This document shows, one piece after another, positions 24,416-36,896 of a DNA stretch of 64,000 bases. Source of the DNA: Gekko japonicus (lineage: Eukaryota); NCBI RefSeq assembly GCF_001447785.1, contig NW_015162578.1, forward strand, positions 38,050-102,049, given 5' to 3'. The position numbers and the translations under genes are program-made. Position 1 is the stretch's first letter. The number at the start of each line of letters is the position of its first letter. The notes under the pieces were generated by a model that worked only from the letters and a program-made list of their open reading frames with translations, did no database searches and was not told the origin of the DNA.

Positions 24416-25764
24416 GAAGGACAAACTTTGTGGGTTCCTGGTTAAAAGAGGTGAGTAGACAGTGTCAGTGGAAAATAGGACTGATCCAACTTGTGAAAGA
24501 TTACAGGAAAAAATTCCCACCTACTCAGAAATAAGGGGGTTTGTCATAAAGGGCTTAGTTCAGCTGGCTCTAAGGAAGGAGTAGGGGAGCTTATATCCTG
24601 TGCCTCCTCTACCTCTTGAACAATCAGTAATATTTGTGGGGGGGGGGTTTCCTCTAAAAGGACTACAACCACTATGTTGAGGAAGAAAATTTGTGCACAG
24701 CATCAGTTTGCTTCTGCAATTCCACATCTATTTAGGGTGACATACTCAGAAGCCTATTTTGCATGACTATAATAAAAGATCTGTTTGTGTGTGTGTTTAT
24801 GTTTTTTTTTCTAGTAGGACTGAACAAGACCCAAGTTCATCTGCAATGCACATATGTGGAATTTAGTGCGGACTATGCCATTAGACTGGAGAATCATGAG
24901 GAAAATTTACTAATCATGTAACAAATTTTCCAATTGAATAGTTCAGGATTTCATCTGTGATCAGGATGCTAGCATTTTGCCTTTGGCTGAGCAGAGAACT
25001 GGCTGAGAAAAAAATGGTATCTTTTCTACTGGCAGAAGAGTTGAGACAGATCCCATTTAACCCTACAAAAATGCTATGCCATGGGTAAGGAGAATTATGT
25101 GGACAAAAGCCATGTGGGTTGGGACTGTAGTAAGGAGGGGGATCAATGGACATTGAGCAGAAAAGCTGGCAGAATCTAGACTAATAGTTTGTGTCTCTTG
25201 ACACAAAATTCTTCCAAAGTTGTTTTCTATTTGTGGAAACACTAGAAAAGCTGCTCTAATGGTTGTATGCAAAGTCGCAGTCTCATCAGCAGCTATCCTT
25301 GACAATACCTACCAATTATTTGAAAACTTGTCTCCCACAGAAGGGTCTCTGCTAACAAAGTTTCTCTTTATTTCCCATATTTTCTACTTAATTTCATTGT
25401 AGTAAGGTCAAATATAGCTTCTGTACTAGAAACTGCTTAAAACATACTTTAAAAAGCCAAAAGGGAAGGAAGTGCAGAGGTGAGAACAAACAGGCAACAT
25501 ATTCCCAGAATCACTGAGTCCCAAATGGAAATTATAATTTCACTTCTAATTTAAAATGTGAGCTGTATTAATTAGTCCCTTGATGAAAAAGTTCTTCTTA
25601 AAGTATTTGTGTTTGTTTCTAGTGTAATATTCAGTATTAAGTGAAGAAGGAATTCCCAGGAGAAATAGAACCTTAATGTTCAGAAAGAACAAAATTTGTG
25701 AGCAAAATTTGGATGACATAATTTTCACTGTCCTACACTGTCATATACTAATTTACACTAAAGT

Positions 25765-26545
25765 TGAAGAGTCAGGAGTCCAGGAGCTCCATAAAGACTA
25801 ACACAATTTATTCTGGCATAAGGTTTTTGTTTTGTTTTTAAGTCAGAAATGACTCCTTCAGATGCATAGGAATTCCCATTCAAAGCAGCTAAATTTATTC
25901 TCAGAGTTTAAGCAACAATAAAGGGAGAGTTACAAGGACAGAACAGTGTAAAACAAGAACTAATCAAAGATTAATCTATGAATTCAGAGTGGTTAAGAAC
26001 TACTCCCAACTGTTGATAGACAGGCAGGGTAGAATATATATTAAGTGACATCTAGTGTAGGACACATTAAATGAATTCAGTAGGATAGTATATAGGCCGT
26101 ATAAAGGTGCAACTGAATAGATTAATCCCTGGAAGATGTAGATCTTGATGAGGAATCAACTGAGGAAACTAAGGCCTGAGGAATTTGTTAATGTATTCTT
26201 CTCTAGAAATGTAATAAGATCCACTGAAATTCATTTGAAGGAGAATGATAACCTTTAAATGAGCAACAGAATGCCCTGGAAAACTGAAAATCCCCCTCAC
26301 TCATTTCTGAACATTTTGATTTTTAAGTCAGATTTGTGTTCATTTGTTCTTTTGTTTAGGGACTGTTATTTTTGTCCAATATAGACAGCAGAAGGGCATT
26401 GTTGACATATATTACATGGAGGATGAGATAGTGAATGAACCTAAGATGCTATGACTGATGTTATTAGGTCCTGTAATAATATCACTCAGTTATATGTGTG
26501 GACAAAACCAGCATCTAGATTTCGTGTAGGGTTTGGTTCCTGAGT
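25765..26545 (-). mobile_element. Penelope-like element 3' part, decayed
   Basis: Minus strand reads CQQCPSAVYIGQK...KRTNEHKSDL; terminal block ataaagactaacacaattttattctggcataag. Confidence 0.65.
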
Positions 26546-26579
26546 TTGTGTCTGTTAGATGGTCCAGATATTTTTAGAA

Positions 26580-27420
26580 AACAAAAAGGAACAGAGACAC
26601 AAACTTGGAGTCTCAAAAATCTACATATCTGTAATCTTATTCTAATTTAAATCATTATATTTAACCAACTCTAACCTAAATATCACTCTTCCTTGGTCCA
26701 TCTGATTAATTTTATTAGTTTAGTCAGCATGAATTATAACTCATAGAAAAAGTATATTGAATGAACATAAATGATTAAATATTACATTGTAATGTAACAT
26801 AAAATCCAAAACTGGAAACCATCTGTCAATAAATTTAGGCTGATAACTTTTGATCTCTGACTGAGCAATCTGATCTGATATTTTTTCCATAATGTAACTG
26901 TCCCAAATTATAGCAAACCATAATGATATTGTGGGAGCAGATTTGTCTTTCCATTTAGAGGTTATCAGTACTTTGGCTGCCATTAACAATGTTGTTATCA
27001 TTTCCCCCCCTGTATTTGAGGTATATTAGGATCATCCCAGAGGTTAAGATTATTTCAATTTTTAGAGGGAGCGAATTTCCTGTGATCATTTGTATCAATG
27101 GTATAATTGTCTTCCAAAATTCAATAATATGACAACTACAACTCCATCAGCAGTGAATACAGGTGCCAAATACCCCACAATTTCCCCAGCAATCTGGTTA
27201 ATTTGAAGGATTTATATAGTGCAATTTTAAAGATGTAAGGTACCAATGTGTGAATGATATTAACTTAAAACTGATTGCCTTTGATGCAGAATTAGATAAG
27301 TTACAAATTATAGTCCAGTGTGAGTCAGTGAAAACAGTGTTGCAATCTGTCTGCCATTTTTTTCCTAATATTCTGGTGTTATAGAGCTATCTATATTTAT
27401 CAAAATATGATATATCTTTG
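26580..27420 (-). mobile_element. L1/Tx1-like LINE 3' fragment
   Basis: LLMAAKVLITSKWKDKSAPTISLWF...MEK...KFIDRW and an upstream CWGNCG..GT..H..W.C-like Zn motif typical of L1 ORF2 C-termini. Confidence 0.7.
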
Positions 27421-27997
27421 AATTAGACCTTTCTCCCTGCAGGACCAGCTCCTTTGAAGGCTTTGTTGGGAAGTCCAGTTTGAACCATGCTGCCTAGCAG
27501 AGCCCCAGCTGAGGCTGCGGTGGCACACTTTGCAAAAGCCATTTAAAATGACATCCCCTTCCCTTTAAATAGCTTTTGCAAGACACACCACATGAAAGTG
27601 AAGTCCAGGTGGTGAGTTCACCTGGAAGTGAGTGAATTCGCCAATCAGACTTCACTTGCACACAATGCACCTTGCAAAAACCATTCGAAGGGAACATCCC
27701 TTTAAATGGCTTTGCAAGGTTCACCACATGTGTGTGAAGACCAAGGGGCAAGTTCATCGGGTCATGAGCCTCACAAAGCAAACCGTTCGAATAACCAGGG
27801 AGGCTCATGAAGGTTCGAATAACCAGGGAGGCTCATGAAGGCCCCACGAACCAAAACGAATCTCTATTTTCCTGGTCCATGCCTATCCCTATAATAATGA
27901 TGCCGCATGGAATAATGCCGCCTCATAATCATCGGCACAGATACTTGGCCACAGCGCCCGCAGCCCCCGGCGTCAATGGCTCCCTGCTGTCTTGGGA

Positions 27998-28315
27998 TCA
28001 TCCTGCCTCGCGGGACCACCCATCCAACATCTTTTTTATCCGGAAATCCATTGTCCTGTCCTTGTGCCCGGCCGCTTTGGCCGCAAAGGCAAGGGCGGCC
28101 AGCTTACCCCGTATAGAGCGAACCGACAGTCCCTTCTTCTTCAGATATACCACAAATTGCATAATGTGAGCTACTGGAATGGGCCAGACCTGCCTTAGCC
28201 CTGCCCCTTGTCGGAAGGTAACAAATTGTTGACCGGCCAGCTTATATGACTTTCGCGTTGCAGGTGCGAGGGCCAGACCTATTGCCCGGTCGGCTTCAAG
28301 CCTCCAATCTGCCAT
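27998..28315 (-). pseudogene. Tyrosine recombinase N-terminal (SAM-like) domain, truncated
   Basis: ALAPATRKSY...F..F...GLSVRSIRGKLAALAF; overlaps the RNase H ORF as in DIRS/Ngaro; catalytic domain missing. Confidence 0.8.
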
Positions 28316-28644
28316 AAGCTGGTGGGCATCCTCACCGGGTGCTTGTCCGCCTCGGGAGCCAGCTGACGGAATCTCCCCATCTGTTTTCGAGAGAGAGCGT
28401 CAGCGACCCCGTTACTCACACCAGGCACATGCCTAGCGCGGAACAATATATTATTCCTCAGACACAGCAACGTAAATGCCCTAACCCATGCTGATTTGGA
28501 GGACAATGTGTTTATGACCTGGACTGTCACCTGATTGTCGCACCAGAAGTGGACCGTATGACCAGCGAACTGGTCTGTCCACAGCCCCACTGCTACCACA
28601 ATCGGGAAGAACTGCAGAAAGGTAAGGTCCCTGACCGAGAACAC
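28279..28644 (-). pseudogene. DIRS/Ngaro RNase H domain fragment
   Basis: FPIVVAVGLW...VHFWCDNQ..V.VIN...ARHVPGVSNGVADALSR. Confidence 0.85.
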
Positions 28645-28673
28645 GCTCTAAAACGGTTTGTTTTACAGGTGCT

Positions 28674-29252
28674 GTGGGCCGGCAGGAACGGAGGAGAGTC
28701 GTTATCTGTGGCCACAGTATGATCTTTTGGGCCGCTCATCAGGCAAAGAGGACAACGTTTGGTTCTCAATTGGGGCTGAGTGAAGCGGCGTTGGTGGAAT
28801 GGTGGGGAAGGAGGGGCATGCATTGGCCCAGTTTGCTTCCCCTGCTGTTAGAGGAACGGCGAGGGCCGCCTCCGGACGTTTTGCTGGTGCACCTGGGTGG
28901 CAATGACCTTGGCTTGATGAAGGGCAAGGCCCTGGTGATACAGGCCATAGAAGACCTGAAATTGATTCGGGCGAAATGGCCCAGGGTGCAAGTGATTTGG
29001 TCTGCCATATTGCCACGGCGCGTATGGCGCAGCATGGGGGATCCAAGGCGCATCGACCGAGCGCGGCGCAAGGTAAACAGACAAATCCAGAAAGAGATGG
29101 AAGGGGGTATGGGCAGTTATCTACCACACCCTGGAATAGTGGTCGGGATGGCTGACCTCTACAAGGACGATGGTATTCATTTATCGGACAAGGGCAACAA
29201 ATTATTTTTGGAGGACATCCGGCAAGGGATCAGGGCCGCCTTAGCTTGTTAG
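28674..29252 (+). CDS. SGNH/GDSL-like hydrolase ORF of the Ngaro element (~192 aa, open)
   Basis: Block I ICGHS, block II GRRG, block III HLGGNDL, block V DGIHLS; preceded by the acceptor-like ggtttgttttacag|G. Confidence 0.75.
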   Translation: MGRQERRRVVICGHSMIFWAAHQAKRTTFGSQLGLSEAALVEWWGRRGMHWPSLLPLLLEERRGPPPDVLLVHLGGNDLGLMKGKALVIQAIEDLKLIRAKWPRVQVIWSAILPRRVWRSMGDPRRIDRARRKVNRQIQKEMEGGMGSYLPHPGIVVGMADLYKDDGIHLSDKGNKLFLEDIRQGIRAALAC

Positions 29253-31158
29253 GTGGCCGCGTCAGCCAAAGCAGAGGCTTGGCTTTGCGAGTGGCTGAAT
29301 AGGGCAGATAGAAGGAAGTGGAAAATGGTGAGCGCCTAAGCCGTCCCGCGTTTGGGAACTGGGGGGGTCTTCAGGAGCGGCCTGCGGGCTTCACGGCCCT
29401 GGGTGGTGATTGAGGATCCCTCCTGGGGGCCTCTTGGGGTAAGCGCCTCTCTGCGGGCTGTACGGTTTCCGGGGGGTAAACGCTCCCAGGGGGCTACCTG
29501 TGGCTGGCCTGCTGGTCGCAAGCTGGATTAATGGCCCAAGACCGGGGTTGGCGCCTCGCCCACATGTCAGACAAGGAGGTTGGTCAGCATGACACCTGCC
29601 TTGTCTGTTCCGCTAGCCTAGGAAGGTGCTTCCTTGCCGGTTGATGCTAATAGAGTGTATATAGTTAATAAAGTGGCCCTTGTTTCGATCCAAAACTGTT
29701 GTCCGTCTCGTTATTCCGACTGTGGGGGCAATAGAGTGCTTTTTGCTATGCTCAGACCTCCCTGCATCTCTAATGGCTGCAGCCAGAACTGCATTATAAT
29801 AAACAGGAAGATGTTTAGCTGTTTTCAAAGGCCCTCCAGCTGACTTACCCCCCTCCAAATTCCCCCCCCCAGTTCCCCTCTGTCAACAGCCCTGTTGGGT
29901 TGCATACAATGACTTCCTCCTTTCTAAGCAAGGAGTCGTCTGCTCAGAGGAGAGTTTTCTGATGAAGAAACATTCATTTCAGGGATGGAGGACTTATCTT
30001 TAGTGGAGGAAATCATTGGATCCATCCAGCCAACTTTAGAATCATTTTTATTTGATTTATTTACTAACAACATTTATATTCTACCTTTCTGCCCTCTTCA
30101 GGGTCACTGAGAAGCCTAAAAGATTAAAAACATGCATCATAAAAGAACAAGAAAGAGCTTCTAGTGTCCTGGCCCCACTGGTGGACCTCCTGATGGAACC
30201 TGGTATTTTTGGCCACTGTGTGACAAGAGTATTGGACTGGATGGGCCATTGGCCTGATCCAACATTGGCTTCTCTTATGTTTTTATGTTCTTAAACCATT
30301 AAAACCAAACAAAATCACATTGAATCAATTAAAACCAAAGCTAAAATGTACATATAAAAACAGAAATTAAAACATAGGTCAAGAGGAAAGATTACAAAAG
30401 GAATGCTACACAAAAACAAAAAGTCTTCACCTGCTCATGGAAGACAGCAATAGGAGAGAGTTCCAGAGAACATCAGGGCTAACCCATAATTAGTAATCAA
30501 TGAAATAATGAATAAAAGCTTTCTTTAAAAGGACCATTGGTAGCATGCAGCAGGTCACCAGCAGAGATGGACCTCTTTCAGCAAAAGATTCCAGGGACTT
30601 GGTTGTCTTATACAGAAAGCCCTCTTTCTTTTAACAATGTATCAAGGTAAGGAAAGAGAAGAACCCCTAATGACCAGGGAGGTCAATATGGGAATTGTAG
30701 GCCTATAACCCCAATTATTGTTTTCAATAAAGTTGTGGTCCTGTAAAATCCATTTATCTGCATCCTCTTGTGGGGACGGCAAACCTCAAATAAAGATGCT
30801 GTGTATGAAATATATAAATTAATTCTCATTTTTATTGTATGAGAGATGTGCAGTGTTTGGCTGATGGTGACTTTTATTGCACAAGAGACTTCAGCTTGGA
30901 TCCTAATAAAAATTTCCATGGACAGAAGGATCTCCATGTGAAGGGCAGGGCTTCTCTGCCCCCAGCCCTGCCACAGTGGAACATTGCTGGGGGACAGGAC
31001 ATGAAACCCTCCCAGGAGGAGTTGGTGAAAGTCAGAGGTCAGCCATGGGAAAGGAGAGATGGGCTGAATTCACTGCCTTTTAATCTGAATATGTGGGTTA
31101 ATTCCTGGATAGGTTCATGGAGTTTCTGTATGCACAGGCTGTGCATGAAGTATGATGT

Positions 31159-31199
31159 TAATCACTTCCCTTGCTACCTTTTCCCCAGGGGAGTAATCA
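31159..31199 (+). promoter_or_regulatory. Putative OR promoter of unit B: Lhx2-type HD plus EBF composite
   Basis: TAATCA ... TCCCCAGGGGA-g-TAATCA; downstream donor-like aag|gtaata at ~31606 is conserved in all three units. Confidence 0.6.
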
Positions 31200-32375
31200 G
31201 GTCCTTTAGTAAGTTCCTCTAAGAGAAGAACTTGTAGAATGATGCTGTCAATTCACTGGTACATATATGAGACTATAACAGGAAAAGTCCTTTAACTTCA
31301 GTGAAGTTGTATTATCTGTATTTAAGAAGGGGATTAAATCTAAATTGATACTAGTAGTTTTCATGCTTTGAAATCTAGAGCTGGAAAATGTTGTTAATAA
31401 TTTGATACTAAGCTGATATTTGAGAATTATGGCTACGGAGTTTTGACTGGGAACTACTCCAGTTCTGCAATCATAATGAAGCACCCTAAATTAGTTGATA
31501 TCTGCTATTCCAGAGAACAATATATGGAGAAATGCACTCGGACAACCCCAGCATTTCTCAAGTAATCATCCAAGTGCATAATGGAAAAAAGGTGAACATC
31601 AATAAGGTAATATGTTCATATAAAATGAAATCTGGAAGTACTCAGAGTATAGACCCAGATTATTCATTTACCAAATGAAGTGTTTTAGCCATTTTAAAAG
31701 GATCTAAGAGTATCTAGAACATTTAGGTGAAGCTATGAAAAACACTATTTTCTGATCTAACAATTCACTTTTATTACATTTTATCCTCTGTTCTTTCTAG
31801 TAATGTAATTGAGTAACATTATATCAAAGTCAGACAAAGGGTGTTGCCAGCTTGAAATCAATTTCAAATTTTATTTCAGTATAGGTTTTCATGGACTAGA
31901 ACTCATTGCTTCAGATGCAATAAGTGGATCTCCACTATTTATTTATTTACTTTGTTCATTTATATCCTACTATTATTCCTAATGGTGACCCAATGTAGCT
32001 TACACTCCATTCTCTTCCCTTCCCATTTTATTCTCAAAACAACCTTATGAAGTAAATTAGATTCATAGAATCATAGAACTGGAAAGGACCTCCAGGGTCA
32101 TCTAGTCCAACCCCCTGCGTAATGCAGGAAATTCACACATACCTCCCCCTACATCCCCAGGAATACTATGTAATTGGTCCAGGATTTGAACTTGAGTCAC
32201 TTGTATCTTTGTACCACACTCTAACCACTGTACAGTCTAAGTAGGAGGTGTGAAAAATAATAAACAGCAATTTTAAGAAGCCATGAAATGTGGGAAGTAC
32301 ATTGTTAAATGTCTCTATGTAAAAGTTAAATCTAATCGGGAAAGCTACAAAAACTAATCACTACAACATCTAGTT

Positions 32376-33475
32376 TGTATAGGGACACTGGTACCAGAGC
32401 TTACAATAAACCCAGATGCCAACTTTCCTGCCAAATATACCCAGACAACACAATCACTGGACCTAACAACATCAACCACACCATCTCAGGCTTATTCACT
32501 TGCTCATCTTCTAACACTGCATATGCCATTAAATGTCAACAATGCCCTTCAGTTCTTTACTTATGGCAAACAGGTAAAACCCTATGCCAAAGGATAAATG
32601 GATTCAAATCTGACATCATGAATCACAAAACTGAGAAACCTGTAGGAGAACATACCAGCCTCCCAGAGCACTCAATGGGAACTTCAAAGCAGCTATTGTA
32701 TTGCCAAAGAATTTCAAAAACTAACTGGAATGGGAGGTTGATGAATTACAAATTATTACAACACTCAGGACAATGGAACCCCCAGACTTAACAGAGATAC
32801 CAGGTTCTTATCTCACTACTCATTCTAAGTCACTCAGTTCTCACTTATACCCAGAATTAAACTTTGTTGGTCGTAAAGGTGTCACTAGGCTCAAACATAG
32901 TTCTCACATCTGTTGTTAACTCTTTTATTATCTGTATGCGAATTTGCTGCTATTCATAGGTCTTACCAAATGTGTTATTCCAATTTTAGCTGTATTTATT
33001 GCTCAGTGACTTATGCGTTTTAACTCTAAGTAGCCCTTCCTGGATAGTAATCCCCCCCTACCTATGTAACATTTGAGGAAATCCTTTTCAATGTTTCTGA
33101 AGAAGGGTGCATCTACACACGCTAAATTTCTCAGTTCTTAATTCTACCCAGAACTGATGGTTGTTGGTCTTTGAGGTGCCACTGGACTCAAATTTAGTTC
33201 TCACGTTTGTTTGTTCACTCTTGTATTTGTATGCTAATTTACTGCTAATCACAGATTTTACCAACCACCTTAATCCAATCTCAGCTATAATTGCCCAGTT
33301 ACTTATGCGTCTTGACTCTAACTAGCCCTTCCCAGCAATGAACCCCCCGCTTATATATGAAAGGGTTGAGGAAATTTTGTTTCACTGTATCTGAAGAAAA
33401 GTGCCTGCGCACAAAAGTTTATGCCTTGAATAAAACTTTGTTGGTTTTAAAAGTGCCACTGGACTCAAACTTTGT
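32376..33475 (+). mobile_element. Penelope-like element (GIY-YIG remnant plus tandem pseudo-LTRs) with 7-bp TSD
   Basis: ORF 32375-32791 FTCSSSNTAYAIKCQQCP..YLWQTG..L.QRING.KSD...PVGEH; terminal motif repeated three times (~32865, ~33160, ~33438); TSD tctagtt; empty site in units A and C. Confidence 0.85.
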
Positions 33476-33510
33476 TCTAGTTAACACCTGTAATGGAAGG
33501 GGGTAGGTAG

Positions 33511-33716
33511 CAGTGTTCCCTCTAAGCTGAGTTAGTGTGAGCTAGCTCACAGTTTTTAAGCCTCTGGCTCACACGTTTTTATCTTAGCTCAGGAAGGATG
33601 GCTCCAGAGCAAACTAATTTATGCAGTAGCCAAATTGCTCACTCATAACTTTAATGTCAGTAGCTCACAAACTTGAATTTTTGTTCACAAGACTCCACAG
33701 TTTAGAGGGAGCATTG
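33511..33716. mobile_element. hAT MITE
   Basis: TIR cagtgttccctctaag / ttagagggagcattg; 8-bp TSD gtaggtag/gtaggtgg; same family at 54541 and partial at ~9960-10048. Confidence 0.85.
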
Positions 33717-33874
33717 GTAGGTGGGTTTTCTATGTTATAGTTAGCAAATACAGTGAGTAAGAATTCTATGCTGGAGTACCCCTTTGAAGTTCTTTTGACT
33801 GAGAATGGTGGTTTTAATGTCAGCAGCAGAGTTTCCAGGGAGATTAAAATAATGGTCTTTGGTTTCTGACTAGG

Positions 33875-34690
33875 GTGATTTTTAAGGTGATGCACATTGG
33901 GACAAAAAAATCCCAATTTCAGGTATAGGCTAATAAGGTATGGACTAGCTGAGACTGAAAAAAAATCTTGGGGTCATAATGGATATTTATTTATTTATTC
34001 AATTTCTATCCCGCTCTCCCCGACGAAGGCAAGCTCGATGAAAATGTCAACCCAGTGTGCTCCAGCAATGAAAACCGCAAACTTGTAAGGGATTATTAGG
34101 AAAAGAATTGAACATAAAATATGTAATATTATAATGCCCCTGTATAGATCTGTGGTGTTGCTTCATTTGGAATACTGTGTACAATCCTGGTCACAAAAAG
34201 GACATTGCAGAGCTCAAAAAAGTACAGAAGACGGCAACCAAAATGGTTAGGGGATTGGAAAACCTTCTCTATGAGGAAAAGCTTAAGAGTCTGGGACTTC
34301 TCCATTTAGATAAGAAACGATTAAGAGGGACATGACAGAGATTCATAAAATTATGCATGGGGTGGAGACTGATGATAAAGAGAATTTTTTCATATCCCAA
34401 AATACTAGAACTTGAGGATATCCAATAAAGCTGATGGGCAGTAGATTCAAGACAGACAAAAGGAATACATGGAGCACAGGTCTATCAGTGGCTACTAGCC
34501 ATGGTGACTTAGGGGAACCTCCACATTCAGAGGCACTAAAGCACTGAATCCCAGTGTCAGGAGGCTACATCAGGGGAAGGTCTCGGCCTCTATGCCCTGC
34601 TGTTAGCCTTCCAGAGGCAGTGGTTGGCTACTGTGTGAGACTAGATGGATCACTAGTCTGATCTAGCCGGGTTCTTCTTAGGGTCTTAAG
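33875..34690 (+). mobile_element. CR1 LINE 3' fragment
   Basis: KVMHIG, HLEYCVQ.W and LRGDM-like RT C-terminal motifs plus 3' UTR; orthologous to 41378-42210. Confidence 0.85.
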
Positions 34691-35698
34691 TTTTTAATGT
34701 ATGCCTCACATATAAATTTCTGCATAATGAGGATACCTGGTATTTTTGGCCACTGTGTGATAGAGTGTTGGACTAGATGGGCCATTGGCCTGATCCAACA
34801 TTGGTTTCTCTTATGTTCTTATGTTCCTTGGCAAGGTGGGATATAAATTGAAAACAATAAATAAATAAATAAATAAAGGTATTTGCAGAAGCAGGCTCTA
34901 GTCTTTGAAAGTTTATGGCAAAATAAAACGCAGACAGTACTATGGGGAAACTAGTTTCCTGTTTCTTTTTGTGGCAACAGTTAATTCCATCAACTGGCAT
35001 AGAATTTCCCTCACAGAAAATTTCTTCCTCTCAACAAAACATTCTCTTTTCATAAACAATTCATTCAGTGAACCAACCAGTTAAAAGCAGAGGCTCTTAT
35101 GGTTGATTATGCTGAACAGTTGGCTAGAATTCTCTTTGATTTCCTTCTCTCATTTGCAAAAAAATAGGTAATGGTGAAATATGTAGACATTCCCACTCCA
35201 AACAACACAGGGGGTTGGATCCAGCCAGCTTTTTCACTCTTATCTATCCCAATGACTCTTCTTACTACAGTTCTATCCCATATACTTTTTGTCTATGCTT
35301 ATCCTGTGTTCACCAGCATAGTCTGTTTGTGCACTAAAAGGGGATCCCTACTTCCTTTTTCATGAGCAGAAAAGCTCGTTGGATTCCACCAAAAGCCCAA
35401 GGTAAATAATGCATTTATTCAACACAGTTAACAAGGGATTTTCTTACTGGGGTTGTATTGTATTTTTGAGACTGTGGGTTAAAGGTCTTAGCATTCATTG
35501 ATATTATATTAGAACAAGTACAGTCCCTTACATATTTGCCTGATCTTAATGAATGCCCACAGCTATAGTTTACAACTGGGTGAAGAAGTCATTTACCCCA
35601 GTCTAAAGAAAACATATTTAAGATTGCATGTTTTGATAGCTTTCCCACTTGCCCTTTAATAACTTTCCATTTTCCCCATAGATTCCAGATGCCACAAA

Positions 35699-36646
35699 AT
35701 GGAAATGGGAAACATGACCTCTATCACTGAAATCCTTTTGCTTGGGTTTGTATATGACCCTGCTTTGGAGATTGTCCTTTTTCTGGTTTTCCTTCTTGTG
35801 TATATAGTGACAGTGCTTGGAAATGCTCTCATCATTCTACTCATCACCATTGATTCTCGCCTCCACTCCCCCATGTATTTCTTCCTCAGCAATTTGTCCT
35901 TCATTGAGATATTCATGACAACCTGTGTAGTGCCGAAAATGCTGGCCAATTTCTTGACTAAGAGGAAAACCATTTCATTGGGTGGCTGTTTTGCTCAGTT
36001 ATGCTTTTATTTCTTCATGGGTTCCACTGAGTTCATCTTATTTGCTGCTATGTCCTTTGATCGTTACTTGGCCATCTGTTACCCACTTAGGTACCCTACC
36101 CTCATGACTGGGACTGTTTGTGTCAAGATGGTGATTGGCTCTTGGATTGGTGGTTTCCTGTTTATTTTCTTGTCAATAGTGTTGAAGGTGAGGCTGCCTT
36201 ACTGTGGACCTAATGTCATCAACCATTACTTCTGTGACAGTGCCCCTTTTCTACATCTTGCCTGTACGGACATAAGCCTTATTGAACTGATTGACTTTAT
36301 TAGTTCTTTAATCCTATTGCTTGGTTCCCTTTTATTCACTGCTACCTCTTATGTTTACATAATTTCGACCATTCTCAAGATTCCTTCTGCTCAGGGTAGG
36401 AAGAAGGCCTTTGCCACTTGTGCCTCTCACTTCACTGTTGTCTCCATGGGCTATGGAATCTCCATTTTTGTGTATGTCAGGCCATCCCAGACTGACATCA
36501 TGAGCATGAACAAGGCATTAGCCATTTTCTCTGGCATCTTGACACCCTTATTAAACCCTTTCATCTTCAGTCTGAGAAATGAACAGATGAAAGAGGCATT
36601 GAGAGATGCTCTAAATAGAATAGCTTCAAAAATAAAATATAGCTGA
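35699..36646 (+). CDS. Olfactory receptor, family 6-like (unit B), 315 aa, intact
   Basis: [54 protein letters not shown]; upstream acceptor ttttccccatag. Confidence 0.97.
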   Translation: MEMGNMTSITEILLLGFVYDPALEIVLFLVFLLVYIVTVLGNALIILLITIDSRLHSPMYFFLSNLSFIEIFMTTCVVPKMLANFLTKRKTISLGGCFAQLCFYFFMGSTEFILFAAMSFDRYLAICYPLRYPTLMTGTVCVKMVIGSWIGGFLFIFLSIVLKVRLPYCGPNVINHYFCDSAPFLHLACTDISLIELIDFISSLILLLGSLLFTATSYVYIISTILKIPSAQGRKKAFATCASHFTVVSMGYGISIFVYVRPSQTDIMSMNKALAIFSGILTPLLNPFIFSLRNEQMKEALRDALNRIASKIKYS

Positions 36647-36896
36647 TTCCCTAACTATGCTTTCAAAATGCATTCCTTACTGTACACCTCACAGTTACAA
36701 CATTGTACTTTGGAACACACACCTAAACAACCTTCCTGGGATTTAAGGACGATCTGGGAACTTCCAAGTAAGAGGCTGGGAAATAGATATCTGAGCTGCT
36801 TGGTACTTCATATCCCCAAGAAACAATTTCAGGCAGAAAAAGAACAGTGTACAGTACTTGTTCTCATGCATAGTGAGAACCATGAGTCTTCTGCAA

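Larger units (their letters stand above)
27892..29731. mobile_element. Ngaro-type (DIRS order) tyrosine-recombinase retrotransposon fragment, internally inverted
   Basis: RNase H and YR N-terminus on the minus strand; SGNH hydrolase and terminal sequence on the plus strand. Confidence 0.85.

Noticed and set aside
28674-29252. Horizontally acquired bacterial-type esterase or domesticated host gene
   Set aside because: It sits within Ngaro RH/YR and terminal sequences, where SGNH domains are known cargo; no evidence of domestication from this window.
30839-31222. 127-aa ORF in conserved sequence upstream of OR-B
   Set aside because: Frame is not preserved in paralogue C (indels) and there are no motifs; similarity reflects segmental duplication.
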